This document shows, in pieces, positions 36,524 through 45,997 of a stretch of DNA of 48,694 nucleotides. The notes under the pieces are model-generated. The model worked only from the letters and a program-made list of their open reading frames with translations. It did no database searches and was not told where the DNA came from. Source of the DNA: a virus (Duplodnaviria; Caudoviricetes); the IMG/VR virus record IMGVR_UViG_3300033153_005799, positions 1-48,694 of that record; one strand, given 5' to 3'. The translations under genes were made by a program, and so were the position numbers. Positions within the stretch are counted from its first letter, which is position 1. Each line of letters starts with the position of its first letter.

Positions 36524-37459
36524 TTATGGATTCAGTAATCCAATATATTTGCTTCCATCAAACAGACCTGCTCCATCAAGAGCAAAGTCTATGTCTAATC
36601 TTTCCATTGTCAAGTTATGTATAACACCTTCTCCACTACCAACACAGATTCCCTTCTCATTAAGCCACATCCACGTTTGCCCAGTATGATTAAGACCCTC
36701 TGGAAAGTTTCTTGGGTCTACTTTAGTATTAGTTCTTGCTATAGTACGATAACTATCAATCTTAGCTATATGAGCTTCTAATGGATTAAGTCCCATTATG
36801 AAGTGCAAACCTTCATCAGTACCCACAAACATACCTGCATTCGTAGGACATAGCATATTAATGCTACTGGTAAATGGAATGAAGTCCTGTCCCATATTAA
36901 ACCAGTAATTTGCCCACGGCAAACTAAAGAACAGTGTATTACCTCTTGCCACATATACTCTACCACTTAAATAACTAATAAACTCACCAACAGGAGCTGA
37001 GGTAAAGTACCTCATATCATATTTAACTCCTGGTGTAGTAGGTAAGGTATCACTAACCCAAGTCCAACTAACTCCATCCCTTACAACACCATTCTCAATA
37101 CCGTTACTGTAAAAGACATCTTTACCAGGTTTTATATATGACATTTTCCTATAAAGTGTAAGTCCTGACCTTAGTCCAGTAAGAGTACCATCCTCAAAGA
37201 TTGAAAACAGTGCGTCATCCATCACACCAAGACCAAAATCACCAAAACCTTTTATACTATGCCAGTCACCAGCATCAATAGAAACAAATCCATGCCTTCT
37301 CTTAATTTTACCCTTATCAGTAATATCAATATTAACAGCTTCACTAAGTTCAGTAATTCCTGATTCTGGGTCATAATCAAGATGAGCATCAGTTTGCTTC
37401 TTATTAAGACCAGTAGTTCTTTTAAAAATACTCAATGGTTTTCCCATTAGCTGCCCCAT
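36524..37459 (-). CDS. probable tail nozzle (beta-propeller) protein
   Basis: GL...AVNIDI...G.I.RR.G start; follows the adaptor gene. Confidence 0.55.
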   Translation of the reverse strand: MGQLMGKPLSIFKRTTGLNKKQTDAHLDYDPESGITELSEAVNIDITDKGKIKRRHGFVSIDAGDWHSIKGFGDFGLGVMDDALFSIFEDGTLTGLRSGLTLYRKMSYIKPGKDVFYSNGIENGVVRDGVSWTWVSDTLPTTPGVKYDMRYFTSAPVGEFISYLSGRVYVARGNTLFFSLPWANYWFNMGQDFIPFTSSINMLCPTNAGMFVGTDEGLHFIMGLNPLEAHIAKIDSYRTIARTNTKVDPRNFPEGLNHTGQTWMWLNEKGICVGSGEGVIHNLTMERLDIDFALDGAGLFDGSKYIGLLNP

Positions 37460-38103
37460 CCTTCTTCAGACATAATATGGTGAACTCTTCGCCGTGCAAA
37501 ATACTCTCTCAATTTAACAATTCCAGAATGTTTGCTATTTTCAGCAAACGAAAGGTTAAAGTGTGTTCCGGTATTTATTTTCTCGCCTTCAATACCGTCT
37601 TCAATAAAGTTATAAATAAGATATGCTGCACCGTGAACAAGTAACAGCCTGTGCAGCGAAGCTGGAATAACTGCTACTTCATCATCGTCATCAACCAGTA
37701 CAGTTGGTTGCTTGTAAAGAACAAGAACCAATGTTTCTGCTACAGCTGGAATTTTCTGATACCACAGTATATTACCTTCTAAGGCAACAGATTCAACTTC
37801 TCCAGCAGCATCCCAATCACTTTCATAATAAGACAGCATATCTTCCAAAGTAGCGTAAACATCTATTCCATCTTTAATAACTTTCCTGAGATTACCAGAG
37901 AAACCACCTGACACACTTGTAAGATTGACATAATCCTGAGACACAACCGTATCAACAGATACAACCTGCTTTAAATCTGGTAGATTTATGAGATCTGCCG
38001 TGTATGAAAGCGCTTGGTTAATATAGCTGTCAATCTGGTCATCAGTCCAATCAGGATCTTGAATTATAATTATAACTTCATCTCGTATTTCTTCAAGTAG
38101 CAT
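37447..38103 (-). CDS. head-tail adaptor protein
   Basis: LEEIRDEV...WTDDQIDSYINQA...IPASLH.LLVHGA pattern. Confidence 0.7.
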   Translation of the reverse strand: MLLEEIRDEVIIIIQDPDWTDDQIDSYINQALSYTADLINLPDLKQVVSVDTVVSQDYVNLTSVSGGFSGNLRKVIKDGIDVYATLEDMLSYYESDWDAAGEVESVALEGNILWYQKIPAVAETLVLVLYKQPTVLVDDDDEVAVIPASLHRLLLVHGAAYLIYNFIEDGIEGEKINTGTHFNLSFAENSKHSGIVKLREYFARRRVHHIMSEEGWGS

Positions 38104-38125
38104 GGTTCATTCTCCAATAATTCTC

Positions 38126-38149
38126 AGAAAAGTCAACGGTTGACCTTTT
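38126..38149. promoter_or_regulatory. dispersed palindromic element, copy 8
   Basis: AGAAAAGTCAA-CGG-TTGACCTTTT. Confidence 0.75.
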
Positions 38150-38153
38150 TAAC

Positions 38154-38684
38154 TTAACCCATTAAAGGCACTCTGTGTACCAGTGCATGAACTCTTGCAA
38201 CCCCACCAGTAATAGCAGCATCACTTATAAGAGTTGCATAAACTACAGGAACGGCTGAGTCCGCAGGAATAATCTTAACAGGTTGAACAAATGTAGCAGC
38301 TGCTAAGGCAGTAACAAAGTCTGTTGCAGCCCCAAAGTAAGTCCCCACAGTCCCATGAGTAATTTCAGTATTGTCAATATAGTCATCAAGGTCAGTTGTA
38401 GTAACAGTACCTCCAGTAGTTGTACTCTCTAAAGGAATAGTACCGTAACCAATATCAAGTGTGATAGTACCACCAGCAAATAAAGTGGTAATTTCACAGC
38501 AAATTGAAGTTATTAGAACAAGTCCTCTGTTAGGAGTTGCCCCGCCAGTAAGAGGAAAGGAAAATAGCACCGCTTCTGTGTCATCTGCGTCCTTAGTAAT
38601 TGGTGCACTGGTAATCCAATATGGATTCTCCAGAGTTGTTCCTCTTAAGTCAGTCCTTCTTAAGTCTAACATCGTATTAGCCAT
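38154..38684 (-). CDS. putative capsid decoration protein, paralog B
   Basis: near-identical termini to 38703..39227; downstream of the capsid gene. Confidence 0.6.
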   Translation of the reverse strand: MANTMLDLRRTDLRGTTLENPYWITSAPITKDADDTEAVLFSFPLTGGATPNRGLVLITSICCEITTLFAGGTITLDIGYGTIPLESTTTGGTVTTTDLDDYIDNTEITHGTVGTYFGAATDFVTALAAATFVQPVKIIPADSAVPVVYATLISDAAITGGVARVHALVHRVPLMG

Positions 38685-38702
38685 ATTTAATAATCTCCTT
38701 TA

Positions 38703-39227
38703 TTAACCCATTAGAGGCACTCTATGCATCAAAGCATGAACCCGTGCAGAGCCAGCTGTGATTGGAGAAGCACTTGTAAGTGCAGCGTAGACTACAGGAA
38801 CAGTAGTGTCTGCTGCCACAATAACTACAGGGTCAGCAAAGGTAGCTGCAGCAGAAACAGTAAGCCAATCACCAGCAGCCGGAAAATAAATTCCAGGGGT
38901 AGCTTCTGTAATACTTGCTGACGGAAAGAAATCATCTGCATCAACATCAGTACAAACACCACCTGTAGTTATATCGTCTGTTGCAAGACTGCCAGTCCCA
39001 ATAGTCATTGTAGGTGTGCCACCAACAAAGCCAACAATAATTTCACAACAAATTATAGTTATCAGAACAATCCCTCTATTCGGGGTCGCTCCACCAGTAA
39101 GAGGGAATGAGAACAAAACAGCTTCTGCATCATCCGCATCCTTATTAATCTCTGCACTGGTTACCCAATAAGGATTTTCAAGGGTTGTTCCTCTCAAATC
39201 CGTTCGTCTCAAATCTAACATAGCCAT
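38703..39227 (-). CDS. putative capsid decoration protein, paralog A
   Basis: MLDLRRTDLRGTTLENPYW...ARVHALxHRVPLMG shared with neighbour. Confidence 0.6.
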   Translation of the reverse strand: MAMLDLRRTDLRGTTLENPYWVTSAEINKDADDAEAVLFSFPLTGGATPNRGIVLITIICCEIIVGFVGGTPTMTIGTGSLATDDITTGGVCTDVDADDFFPSASITEATPGIYFPAAGDWLTVSAAATFADPVVIVAADTTVPVVYAALTSASPITAGSARVHALMHRVPLMG

Positions 39228-39242
39228 AATAGTATTCTCCTT

Positions 39243-39650
39243 TTAGTGAATAACAGAATACATGGCAGTAACGAAAAAGGTACCACCAGTTCCACCATTA
39301 TCATCGCAAGTTAGGGTGATCGCCCCACTTGCATCGTTAAACCATTTACCCCTACTTGCTGGTTGCCCATCTTGAATTGCTCTTACTACACCAAGAGAAT
39401 CAGCTTCTCCAAGAATAGTATCTATAAAGCCATCTGGGTCAGCAGTCTCACCATTTCCCATAAAACCTACTGAAACAAGAGCACCAGCAGCTGTTGCAGC
39501 TAATGTCTTAATTAGCCATACATCTGTAACAAACGCAAACTGTGGGATGTCAATAAGACAGTAGCTATCATCATCAGGGTCAATGAGTGTAACACTTCTT
39601 GCAAACCGGAAGTTATCCGATTTCCTTACGTGTGATTCTTTATATTCCAT
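39243..39650 (-). CDS. putative capsid decoration protein
   Basis: IP..AFVTDV...VSVG...DPDGF pattern; immediately after the capsid gene. Confidence 0.55.
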   Translation of the reverse strand: MEYKESHVRKSDNFRFARSVTLIDPDDDSYCLIDIPQFAFVTDVWLIKTLAATAAGALVSVGFMGNGETADPDGFIDTILGEADSLGVVRAIQDGQPASRGKWFNDASGAITLTCDDNGGTGGTFFVTAMYSVIH

Positions 39651-39666
39651 AACTCATTATCTCCTT

Positions 39667-40698
39667 TTAGGTAAGTCTTGCACCCCAACTTGAACCAGTG
39701 ATTGCTCCGAAGTCATAACCGCCGAAACGAGTTTTCTTATAACCAAGAATACCACCACCTCGAATCATAAGAAAGCGTTTTGCGTCCCTTGTGTAAGGAA
39801 CGAAAGCCATTACACTTGATTTACTTTCACCTGCTCCGCCCCACGCCCAACACGCTGCCTGAGCACCAACCAGAACGTTCCGGTAAACATTGGTCTGTAC
39901 TGCTGGGACCCTTTCAGATTTCATAACAAGCAATCCATTGTACTCAAACTCAATATTTGGTTCACCGAGTTTGTTGGCACTTCTGAGCATATCACCCCAC
40001 TGGCCAACATCAGTATCATGGCGCAGTCTGTCATACACAAAAGTATGCAGGATTACTTTGAAATACTTCCTACCCTTAATCATTAAGGGGCGTACCTTTA
40101 AAGCTTCATTGGTAGGTACTTCCGCCCTTTGCTTCATAGCATCAAGGAAGCCAAGTGTCATTGTATCAGAAGCAGTCATAGATGCTTCTGCAACTTCATT
40201 CATAAGCATCTTATGGTCAGTATCCGGCTCTTCAATTGCTTGAGCAAATTCTACTCCAGCCACCCTAAAGGCACTGTTTCCACACAGCGTATTGATAGCC
40301 ATATCACTCAACTTATCAACCCACCATTCCTGCAGACCATCTTTCCCTTCAACAAGCAGGTCATAAGGAACTCTTTGCTCTTCCATTTTACCGCCAGTAT
40401 CAACTGCATGGTTCAGTTCTTCAATAGTCATCTTGAAGTCTTTAAAGCGCAGCTGTTCTTCATTGCCCTCTACAGTACTTCTACCGACAACACCTTCACC
40501 AGTTAGAGGCAGACGAATACCAAAGGTTACTTGATCACCTTCGCCTTTCCCTAATTCAGTCCTAATCTGAATCGGACTGTTTGTTCCTTTACCTACCAGA
40601 CTTGAAAACTCAACTGCAGGGAGAATCATTTGAAACAAGTCCCTTGCGTGTTTCTTTCTGGTCAGGTTATCATTAGATACGAAAATTGTTTCAGCCAT
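39667..40698 (-). CDS. major capsid protein, N4-gp56/DUF4043-like
   Basis: ELGKGEGDQVTFG...L.GEGV.G...EGNEE.L...I.EL.HAV...MEEQR motif; position after scaffold. Confidence 0.88.
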   Translation of the reverse strand: MAETIFVSNDNLTRKKHARDLFQMILPAVEFSSLVGKGTNSPIQIRTELGKGEGDQVTFGIRLPLTGEGVVGRSTVEGNEEQLRFKDFKMTIEELNHAVDTGGKMEEQRVPYDLLVEGKDGLQEWWVDKLSDMAINTLCGNSAFRVAGVEFAQAIEEPDTDHKMLMNEVAEASMTASDTMTLGFLDAMKQRAEVPTNEALKVRPLMIKGRKYFKVILHTFVYDRLRHDTDVGQWGDMLRSANKLGEPNIEFEYNGLLVMKSERVPAVQTNVYRNVLVGAQAACWAWGGAGESKSSVMAFVPYTRDAKRFLMIRGGGILGYKKTRFGGYDFGAITGSSWGARLT

Positions 40699-40711
40699 TT
40701 ATTAATCTCCT

Positions 40712-41668
40712 TTAATCCAATTCATTGCGGAGATACTTATCGTATACATCTTTTGGTACAGCATCAAGTTCATCTTCTTCCATCTCATCAATCCTTTTAG
40801 CTGTCCAACCACCTTTATCACTTCCACCTTTCAGATTACCAATAGATGTAGTTTCCTTTACAGGAACTTTAGGTTTAGTCTCCGCAGTAGTTTCAGTTTT
40901 ACTCTCGTCGGTTTTCTTTTCAGTTTCCTCTTCCTTAGCAAAGTCAGGATGATACTGCTTAATTACATCATACATATATTTGTAAGGATTAGACATTTTC
41001 CAGATAGATACTTCAACTTCAATCCTACGTTCTTCATAGTTACCACCTTGTTCCTTAGTAACATGTGAAGCAATAGTATCTACAACATCATTAAAGCGTT
41101 CTGTTGAAACAACCACTCCAACGTCAGACCACTTTTGTGTCTCAGTCATTTGCTGTAATAGAACATCTAACTGACCACCACGAGCTGCCATCACACTTTC
41201 CTTCTCATTCATCAGCTCTTCAATAGGAGTTAAGTCTTCTTCAATATCCTTTTCCTCACCAGTTACTTCATCAATAACCTTACTCGTTCGTTTATCAACT
41301 CTGGCAAGTTGCTGCTTAAGCAGTGTAGACTCCTGTTTCTGGTTACGCAAAAGACCTCTTAGCTCAGAGAGCTCAGCATCTCGTTCAGTTCCTGTAATTT
41401 GCGTTTCTTCTCCAGTCTTCGTTCCATCTTCAACATCCGACTTTTCTTCTGTTCCCTGTCCTTCCTCAGTTTTCTCACCTTCTTCAGTAGCATCCGTTTC
41501 TGCCGTCTTGTCTTCTGTACCTGTACCTGTCGAGAGTTCATCAGTCTTCTCCTCAGTTTTACCGTCAACTTTTACTTCTTCTATTGCGCCAGCATCAAGC
41601 GCTGCAGTCAGCTCATCAAGAGCTTCTTCTCCTACAGTATCTTGCGCTTTAACTATTGTCTCTCCCAT
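40712..41668 (-). CDS. capsid scaffolding protein
   Basis: very acidic N-terminus, coiled coil, between portal and capsid genes. Confidence 0.75.
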   Translation of the reverse strand: MGETIVKAQDTVGEEALDELTAALDAGAIEEVKVDGKTEEKTDELSTGTGTEDKTAETDATEEGEKTEEGQGTEEKSDVEDGTKTGEETQITGTERDAELSELRGLLRNQKQESTLLKQQLARVDKRTSKVIDEVTGEEKDIEEDLTPIEELMNEKESVMAARGGQLDVLLQQMTETQKWSDVGVVVSTERFNDVVDTIASHVTKEQGGNYEERRIEVEVSIWKMSNPYKYMYDVIKQYHPDFAKEEETEKKTDESKTETTAETKPKVPVKETTSIGNLKGGSDKGGWTAKRIDEMEEDELDAVPKDVYDKYLRNELD

Positions 41669-41680
41669 TTTATCCTCCAG

Positions 41681-43573
41681 TTAATCTTTTGTTGTACTTG
41701 ATTTCTTAGCTTGTATAATTTTAGCCTCCGCTTCCTTCTCCTTAATATCCACCTCCTTTTCTTTCAACTTCATTTCCCATTCAGCCATTTTACGGTCATG
41801 GTCAGCCTGTTTAGCTTCAGCTTCCCTTTGCGCATCATGATAAGCTTTTACCTGCTGTTTAACACTAAATGGTAGTCCAGCATAATCTAAGAATACCTCC
41901 GGTGGTATACTTCCAGGATTATTATGTGCAAAGTCACCAAGCATTTGAGCAATACCAGACCTCATTGAAATAGTCTCAATAGTTTCACCTATCTCAATAT
42001 CATATTCTCCTACAGTTATATCATTCCAAGTAGGACTTTGAGGATTCATCTGTGAGTTAATTTCCATCAGCTGCATTCCTTTCTCTCCTTGAACCCTAAT
42101 CATTTCAGAGTCAGCAATGTATTGCTGCATAAAGGAAAGCAGTATTTTAGAATCTTTAATTCTTGATTTTCGAAAGTTATCGAATAGAATGTAGAGAACA
42201 ACTACACCAGTTTCCTGTCGCATTCTTAAAGCAACACCAGGTTCTCTACTTGATGTCTGTACACTCATAAGTGGGTCTTGTATACCAGAAGCATCCTTCA
42301 TACTCTGCGAACTCATAGCATCAAACTCTTTATAGATAGGTGGTATTGAAGGTTGCTCTTGAAAACCTACTTTATCATACATACCCTTTGAAATTTCAAG
42401 GTGAAAATTCGGGTCAGTACTTCTCTTTTCATAATCATCTATATTAGTAACGGCACCAACCTCATGCTTTAACATACCTTTAGGTAATGTTTTAAGTTGA
42501 GAAGAAATCTGTCGGCGCATATCATTCTTAGCTCTTTGAGGGTCTTTCATCATAGTAACCGCACCAAAGAAGTTATTGTTATCATCATCTCTATAGGCGC
42601 CATACAGCGACATTGGAAAACCCTCATAGTTATGAGGACTTACTCCTTCTTCAAGCGTTACACTTCCACTAAACAGTGAGTAGTAATAAATCTTCCTAAA
42701 TCCTGGAGCACTCATAGGCTCTTCAAACTTTTGTTCAATTACTTCACCATTCTCATCCTCTCCAACAGGAACTCCTTCAGCAAGTGTTTGCACAAACTTT
42801 GTGTAGTCAGCTTTACTAAGCCATTCCATCTTTCCGGTCATAGGATTTTGAAACCAGATAACCTTTCGCATCTTATAATACCAGCCCTCAGCAATGCGAT
42901 ACTTATCATTTGCTTCATTAAAGAAGGAAGGCATATCAGTAGTTCCACCACCACCCTTAACATTAGTTATGTCCACTTTAGGAAAGTAAAGCTTTATTTC
43001 TTCTTCAGTAAGCCAAGTATCAATAAATACATACCTTGCATCACTTAAGTCAAGTTCAACACTATCTGGGTCAACATAAAAGTTAAATCCTGAATACCGC
43101 TTACACTCCAATTTAGGTTTAAATGGATTATCCCTGTTAATGAAGAAGTACATAAGACTACGACCTGACTTAACAGTATGTAGGAAACAATCAAGTTGTC
43201 TATCAATCAAGCCAATCTTTTTACTAAAGTGTTTTACCGAATTACCAACCAACTCAGCCAACGGCTCATCTTCCTTTCCAATAGGAAACACTTCAGGTTC
43301 ATGCCGTGTCTGAGAAGCAACACCATAGAGCATATCAATCTTTGGCTTTACTTCATTGTAAACACTTGGTACTTTATTCTTAGCTTTAAGAGTACTTTTC
43401 ACTTCATCAGTATCTTGATCACCAGCATAGAATGCATAATCTTCCGTCGCTACAGTTCTATACTTTGTCTCTGATGTACTCCTCTCAGCATCACGTAACC
43501 AATCAAGCAGGAACTTATTATTTTCCTTGTTCTCTGTTCCTGTATCAGGTGTTTCCATTCTTTCACTTGGCAT
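41681..43573 (-). CDS. portal protein (P22-like)
   Basis: EDYAFYAGDQ, YNEVKPKID, MKDPQRAKN, SGI...SREPGVA, GEYDI motifs; follows terminase. Confidence 0.88.
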   Translation of the reverse strand: MPSERMETPDTGTENKENNKFLLDWLRDAERSTSETKYRTVATEDYAFYAGDQDTDEVKSTLKAKNKVPSVYNEVKPKIDMLYGVASQTRHEPEVFPIGKEDEPLAELVGNSVKHFSKKIGLIDRQLDCFLHTVKSGRSLMYFFINRDNPFKPKLECKRYSGFNFYVDPDSVELDLSDARYVFIDTWLTEEEIKLYFPKVDITNVKGGGGTTDMPSFFNEANDKYRIAEGWYYKMRKVIWFQNPMTGKMEWLSKADYTKFVQTLAEGVPVGEDENGEVIEQKFEEPMSAPGFRKIYYYSLFSGSVTLEEGVSPHNYEGFPMSLYGAYRDDDNNNFFGAVTMMKDPQRAKNDMRRQISSQLKTLPKGMLKHEVGAVTNIDDYEKRSTDPNFHLEISKGMYDKVGFQEQPSIPPIYKEFDAMSSQSMKDASGIQDPLMSVQTSSREPGVALRMRQETGVVVLYILFDNFRKSRIKDSKILLSFMQQYIADSEMIRVQGEKGMQLMEINSQMNPQSPTWNDITVGEYDIEIGETIETISMRSGIAQMLGDFAHNNPGSIPPEVFLDYAGLPFSVKQQVKAYHDAQREAEAKQADHDRKMAEWEMKLKEKEVDIKEKEAEAKIIQAKKSSTTKD

Positions 43574-43748
43574 TTTGTTCCTCTTGTTTTTCTATTGCTT
43601 CAAGTGTATACACTAATTCATTGTATAAATCAATACCAGTAGGATGCATATGTTGACCTGAGCAAACAAATATTCGACCATGTTTTAGGGTGACTATAAT
43701 TTCCTTAAACAACTTTAATGAAAGTATAACTTTTTTATTTGTTTTCAT
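43563..43748 (-). CDS. small hypothetical protein
   Basis: ATGA overlap with terL stop. Confidence 0.55.
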   Translation of the reverse strand: MKTNKKVILSLKLFKEIIVTLKHGRIFVCSGQHMHPTGIDLYNELVYTLEAIEKQEEQNAK

Positions 43749-45211
43749 CCAGTCATCCAGGTCTCACGACCATCATCCATAAAGCTATTATCTGGTTGGG
43801 GTTGCACACTTTCCTGTCTATCTTTCTGATTCTTCTTAGATTTCCACATTAAACTTGCAACTCTGTGAAAGTACTCAGTTAAACAAAGGGCATCTGCAAT
43901 ATTAGGACTTGCAATACCTCTCAGTTTCATCTTCTTCTTACTCTCTACTACATACCCTCCCAGGGCATTGAACTCATAGTAAGGACTGGCAAGTTCATTA
44001 CACAACTCCTCACCCATTTCACCAATAGGAAAGGAGTAAACTCCCCTCATACACTTTTGTCTTACAGCAACCCACAACTCATCCCGTAAGATATTATACT
44101 TTTCTCTATTACTAGATTTCCATTTAGTATTAATACCATGAACATCAGCTCTCCTGAGCTTTTGCAGCCAGTCGGTAACACCAGCACCAACGCCAATTTC
44201 ATCTATGGCAATACCATCAGCTTCGTTGTCAGCATACACCTGCAAAATAAAACCGCCAAAAGTAATAGTATCCATGCCCTGAAAAGTTTCCCAAGGGTCA
44301 ATTCTTAATCCCTGCCGTGGCATGATAATACTCTTATCTTCGCCATATCTTGCAACATCAACTCCAAGGTAAATAGGCTCATCCTCAGCAACTTCAATCT
44401 CATTACCAACACACTGCTGTGCCCAATGTAGTGGAATTAACGTCCTCTCATCTTCAGTCGGTGGGTCACCAGTAACACGTATTCTATACACGTTAGAATC
44501 AATGCCATACTTAGTAGCCATATAAGCCGGATACTCGTCCTTAACATTGGTGCTTTTTCTACTATCCCAGTGAAACCGAGTCCAAGGTTTCCTGAGTTCT
44601 TTGTGGAAATGACTATCATAGAAGTAACCTGTATTCCTTGTCATATTTCCAATAAGTAGTACTTTATTGTCTCTCTGCGTCATAGCACCTTCAAGTGGTA
44701 TAAACACAGGGTCTGGGATACCAGATGCTTCATCACAGACAATAAGTAAGTGTTCACCATGGAAGCCAGCAAGTGTTTCAGCCTGATCTTCTTTTGTAGC
44801 TTTAACAGAAGGACTTACTGCTCTACACCACCATTCTTTTGGAGATTCTTTATGAAACAACTTATCCTTCTGTATAACAAATTCATCTTGTAAGATACTC
44901 ATACGAAGCCATTTACTTAACTCACTCCATAAAATATCATTTAACTGTCGTGCAGTAGGTGCAGTACAAACGACCTTTGCATATGGCCTTGTAATCATAA
45001 ACCAGAATATTGCCCAACTTGCTCCAGCATCTTTACCAGTACCATGACCAGACCTAATAGTTATTCTGTTAGAAGCATTTAACGATTGAAGCAGTTCAAC
45101 CTGCTGGGTACTCGGCCCATCCTGTGGAACTTGTCCCCAGTCGAATGCTTCCATAGCAAATATGAGTGGACTTTGTCTCCACTCTCTAAGTTTTCTTTCT
45201 ACTAAGTCCAT
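43745..45211 (-). CDS. terL: terminase large subunit
   Basis: Walker A SGHGTGKD, APT..QL, Walker B LIVCDEA, coupling IGN, nuclease GVDVA and SPNIADA. Confidence 0.93.
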   Translation of the reverse strand: MDLVERKLREWRQSPLIFAMEAFDWGQVPQDGPSTQQVELLQSLNASNRITIRSGHGTGKDAGASWAIFWFMITRPYAKVVCTAPTARQLNDILWSELSKWLRMSILQDEFVIQKDKLFHKESPKEWWCRAVSPSVKATKEDQAETLAGFHGEHLLIVCDEASGIPDPVFIPLEGAMTQRDNKVLLIGNMTRNTGYFYDSHFHKELRKPWTRFHWDSRKSTNVKDEYPAYMATKYGIDSNVYRIRVTGDPPTEDERTLIPLHWAQQCVGNEIEVAEDEPIYLGVDVARYGEDKSIIMPRQGLRIDPWETFQGMDTITFGGFILQVYADNEADGIAIDEIGVGAGVTDWLQKLRRADVHGINTKWKSSNREKYNILRDELWVAVRQKCMRGVYSFPIGEMGEELCNELASPYYEFNALGGYVVESKKKMKLRGIASPNIADALCLTEYFHRVASLMWKSKKNQKDRQESVQPQPDNSFMDDGRETWMTG

Positions 45212-45591
45212 ATACGAATAAGTTCTGTCTTGTTATTATTAGTTAAATACATCTTAATCATATCATACATATAATTTAATTGAGGAGGTAAACAGTTAGC
45301 AACTATTAAAACATTTTCAGCAGTATAACCAGAAAGCAACTCAATATTTTCATTTTTATTTGCTTGCACACTTAAAGGAATAAACTTACAAAACCAATCG
45401 TATTTATTTTTCATAAATAAACCATTTTGCTTACAATCAAATTCTGTATTAATTGAAAGTTGATTACACAAAGTAAATACTTTATCTTGTAATATCTTAT
45501 TATCTTTACTTGTACCAATACATAGTATTTTAGGGTAACTTACTGTAGTAAGAAACAATATTATTTCTTTGGCTGCTTTTTGTAAGTCCAT
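45202..45591 (-). CDS. truncated, inactive-looking paralog of the terminase ATPase domain
   Basis: collinear by eye with TerL residues about 63-189; no Walker A; Walker B LIVCDE replaced by LIVANC. Confidence 0.75.
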   Translation of the reverse strand: MDLQKAAKEIILFLTTVSYPKILCIGTSKDNKILQDKVFTLCNQLSINTEFDCKQNGLFMKNKYDWFCKFIPLSVQANKNENIELLSGYTAENVLIVANCLPPQLNYMYDMIKMYLTNNNKTELIRIWT

Positions 45592-45911
45592 TACCCTTTG
45601 CCCTTCTTCTGTTGCTCAGCAAAGATTATTTCCAACTTCTTCATTATTACTTCCCACTCTATTTTAAAATTTTGCCAGTCTCTAATAGCACGATTAGGCC
45701 ATGTTCTCTTATCTAAACCATATCTATCCTCTAATGACCACATCCTTTTCTGAAGGTCATTAGCTCTTGCTTCCAGAAAGCCATAGTCCACCTTCATTGA
45801 AAGCACTTGAAGTTCAGATGATTTAGCAAAGTATCCAATCGCACTAAATCCTGCACCAAAGATAACAATAAGAGAAACAATAATACCTATTATAGTAGAG
45901 TATTTTTTCAT
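45591..45911 (-). CDS. N-terminal TM plus coiled-coil protein
   Basis: IIGIIVSLIVIFGAGFSAIGYF then helical region. Confidence 0.65.
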   Translation of the reverse strand: MKKYSTIIGIIVSLIVIFGAGFSAIGYFAKSSELQVLSMKVDYGFLEARANDLQKRMWSLEDRYGLDKRTWPNRAIRDWQNFKIEWEVIMKKLEIIFAEQQKKGKG

Positions 45912-45921
45912 TAGTATTAAG

Positions 45922-45997
45922 ACTGCCCAAGGGCGCGAGATCGGAGGTAAATCCCTTTGACGGTAATAACTCCCGGGTAGTCAGGCCCTCGGGCAGT
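45922..45997 (-). other. GC-rich intergenic stem-loop
   Basis: 13-bp stem ACUGCCCGAGGGC/GCCCUUGGGCAGU on the - strand. Confidence 0.55.

Noticed and set aside
38154-39227. Diversity-generating retroelement template/variable repeat pair
   Set aside because: Both copies are full ORFs, differences are not adenine-specific and no reverse transcriptase is present.
45922-45997. Hammerhead ribozyme (CUGA after a stem on the - strand)
   Set aside because: Reads CUGACUA rather than CUGANGA and lacks the GAAA core.
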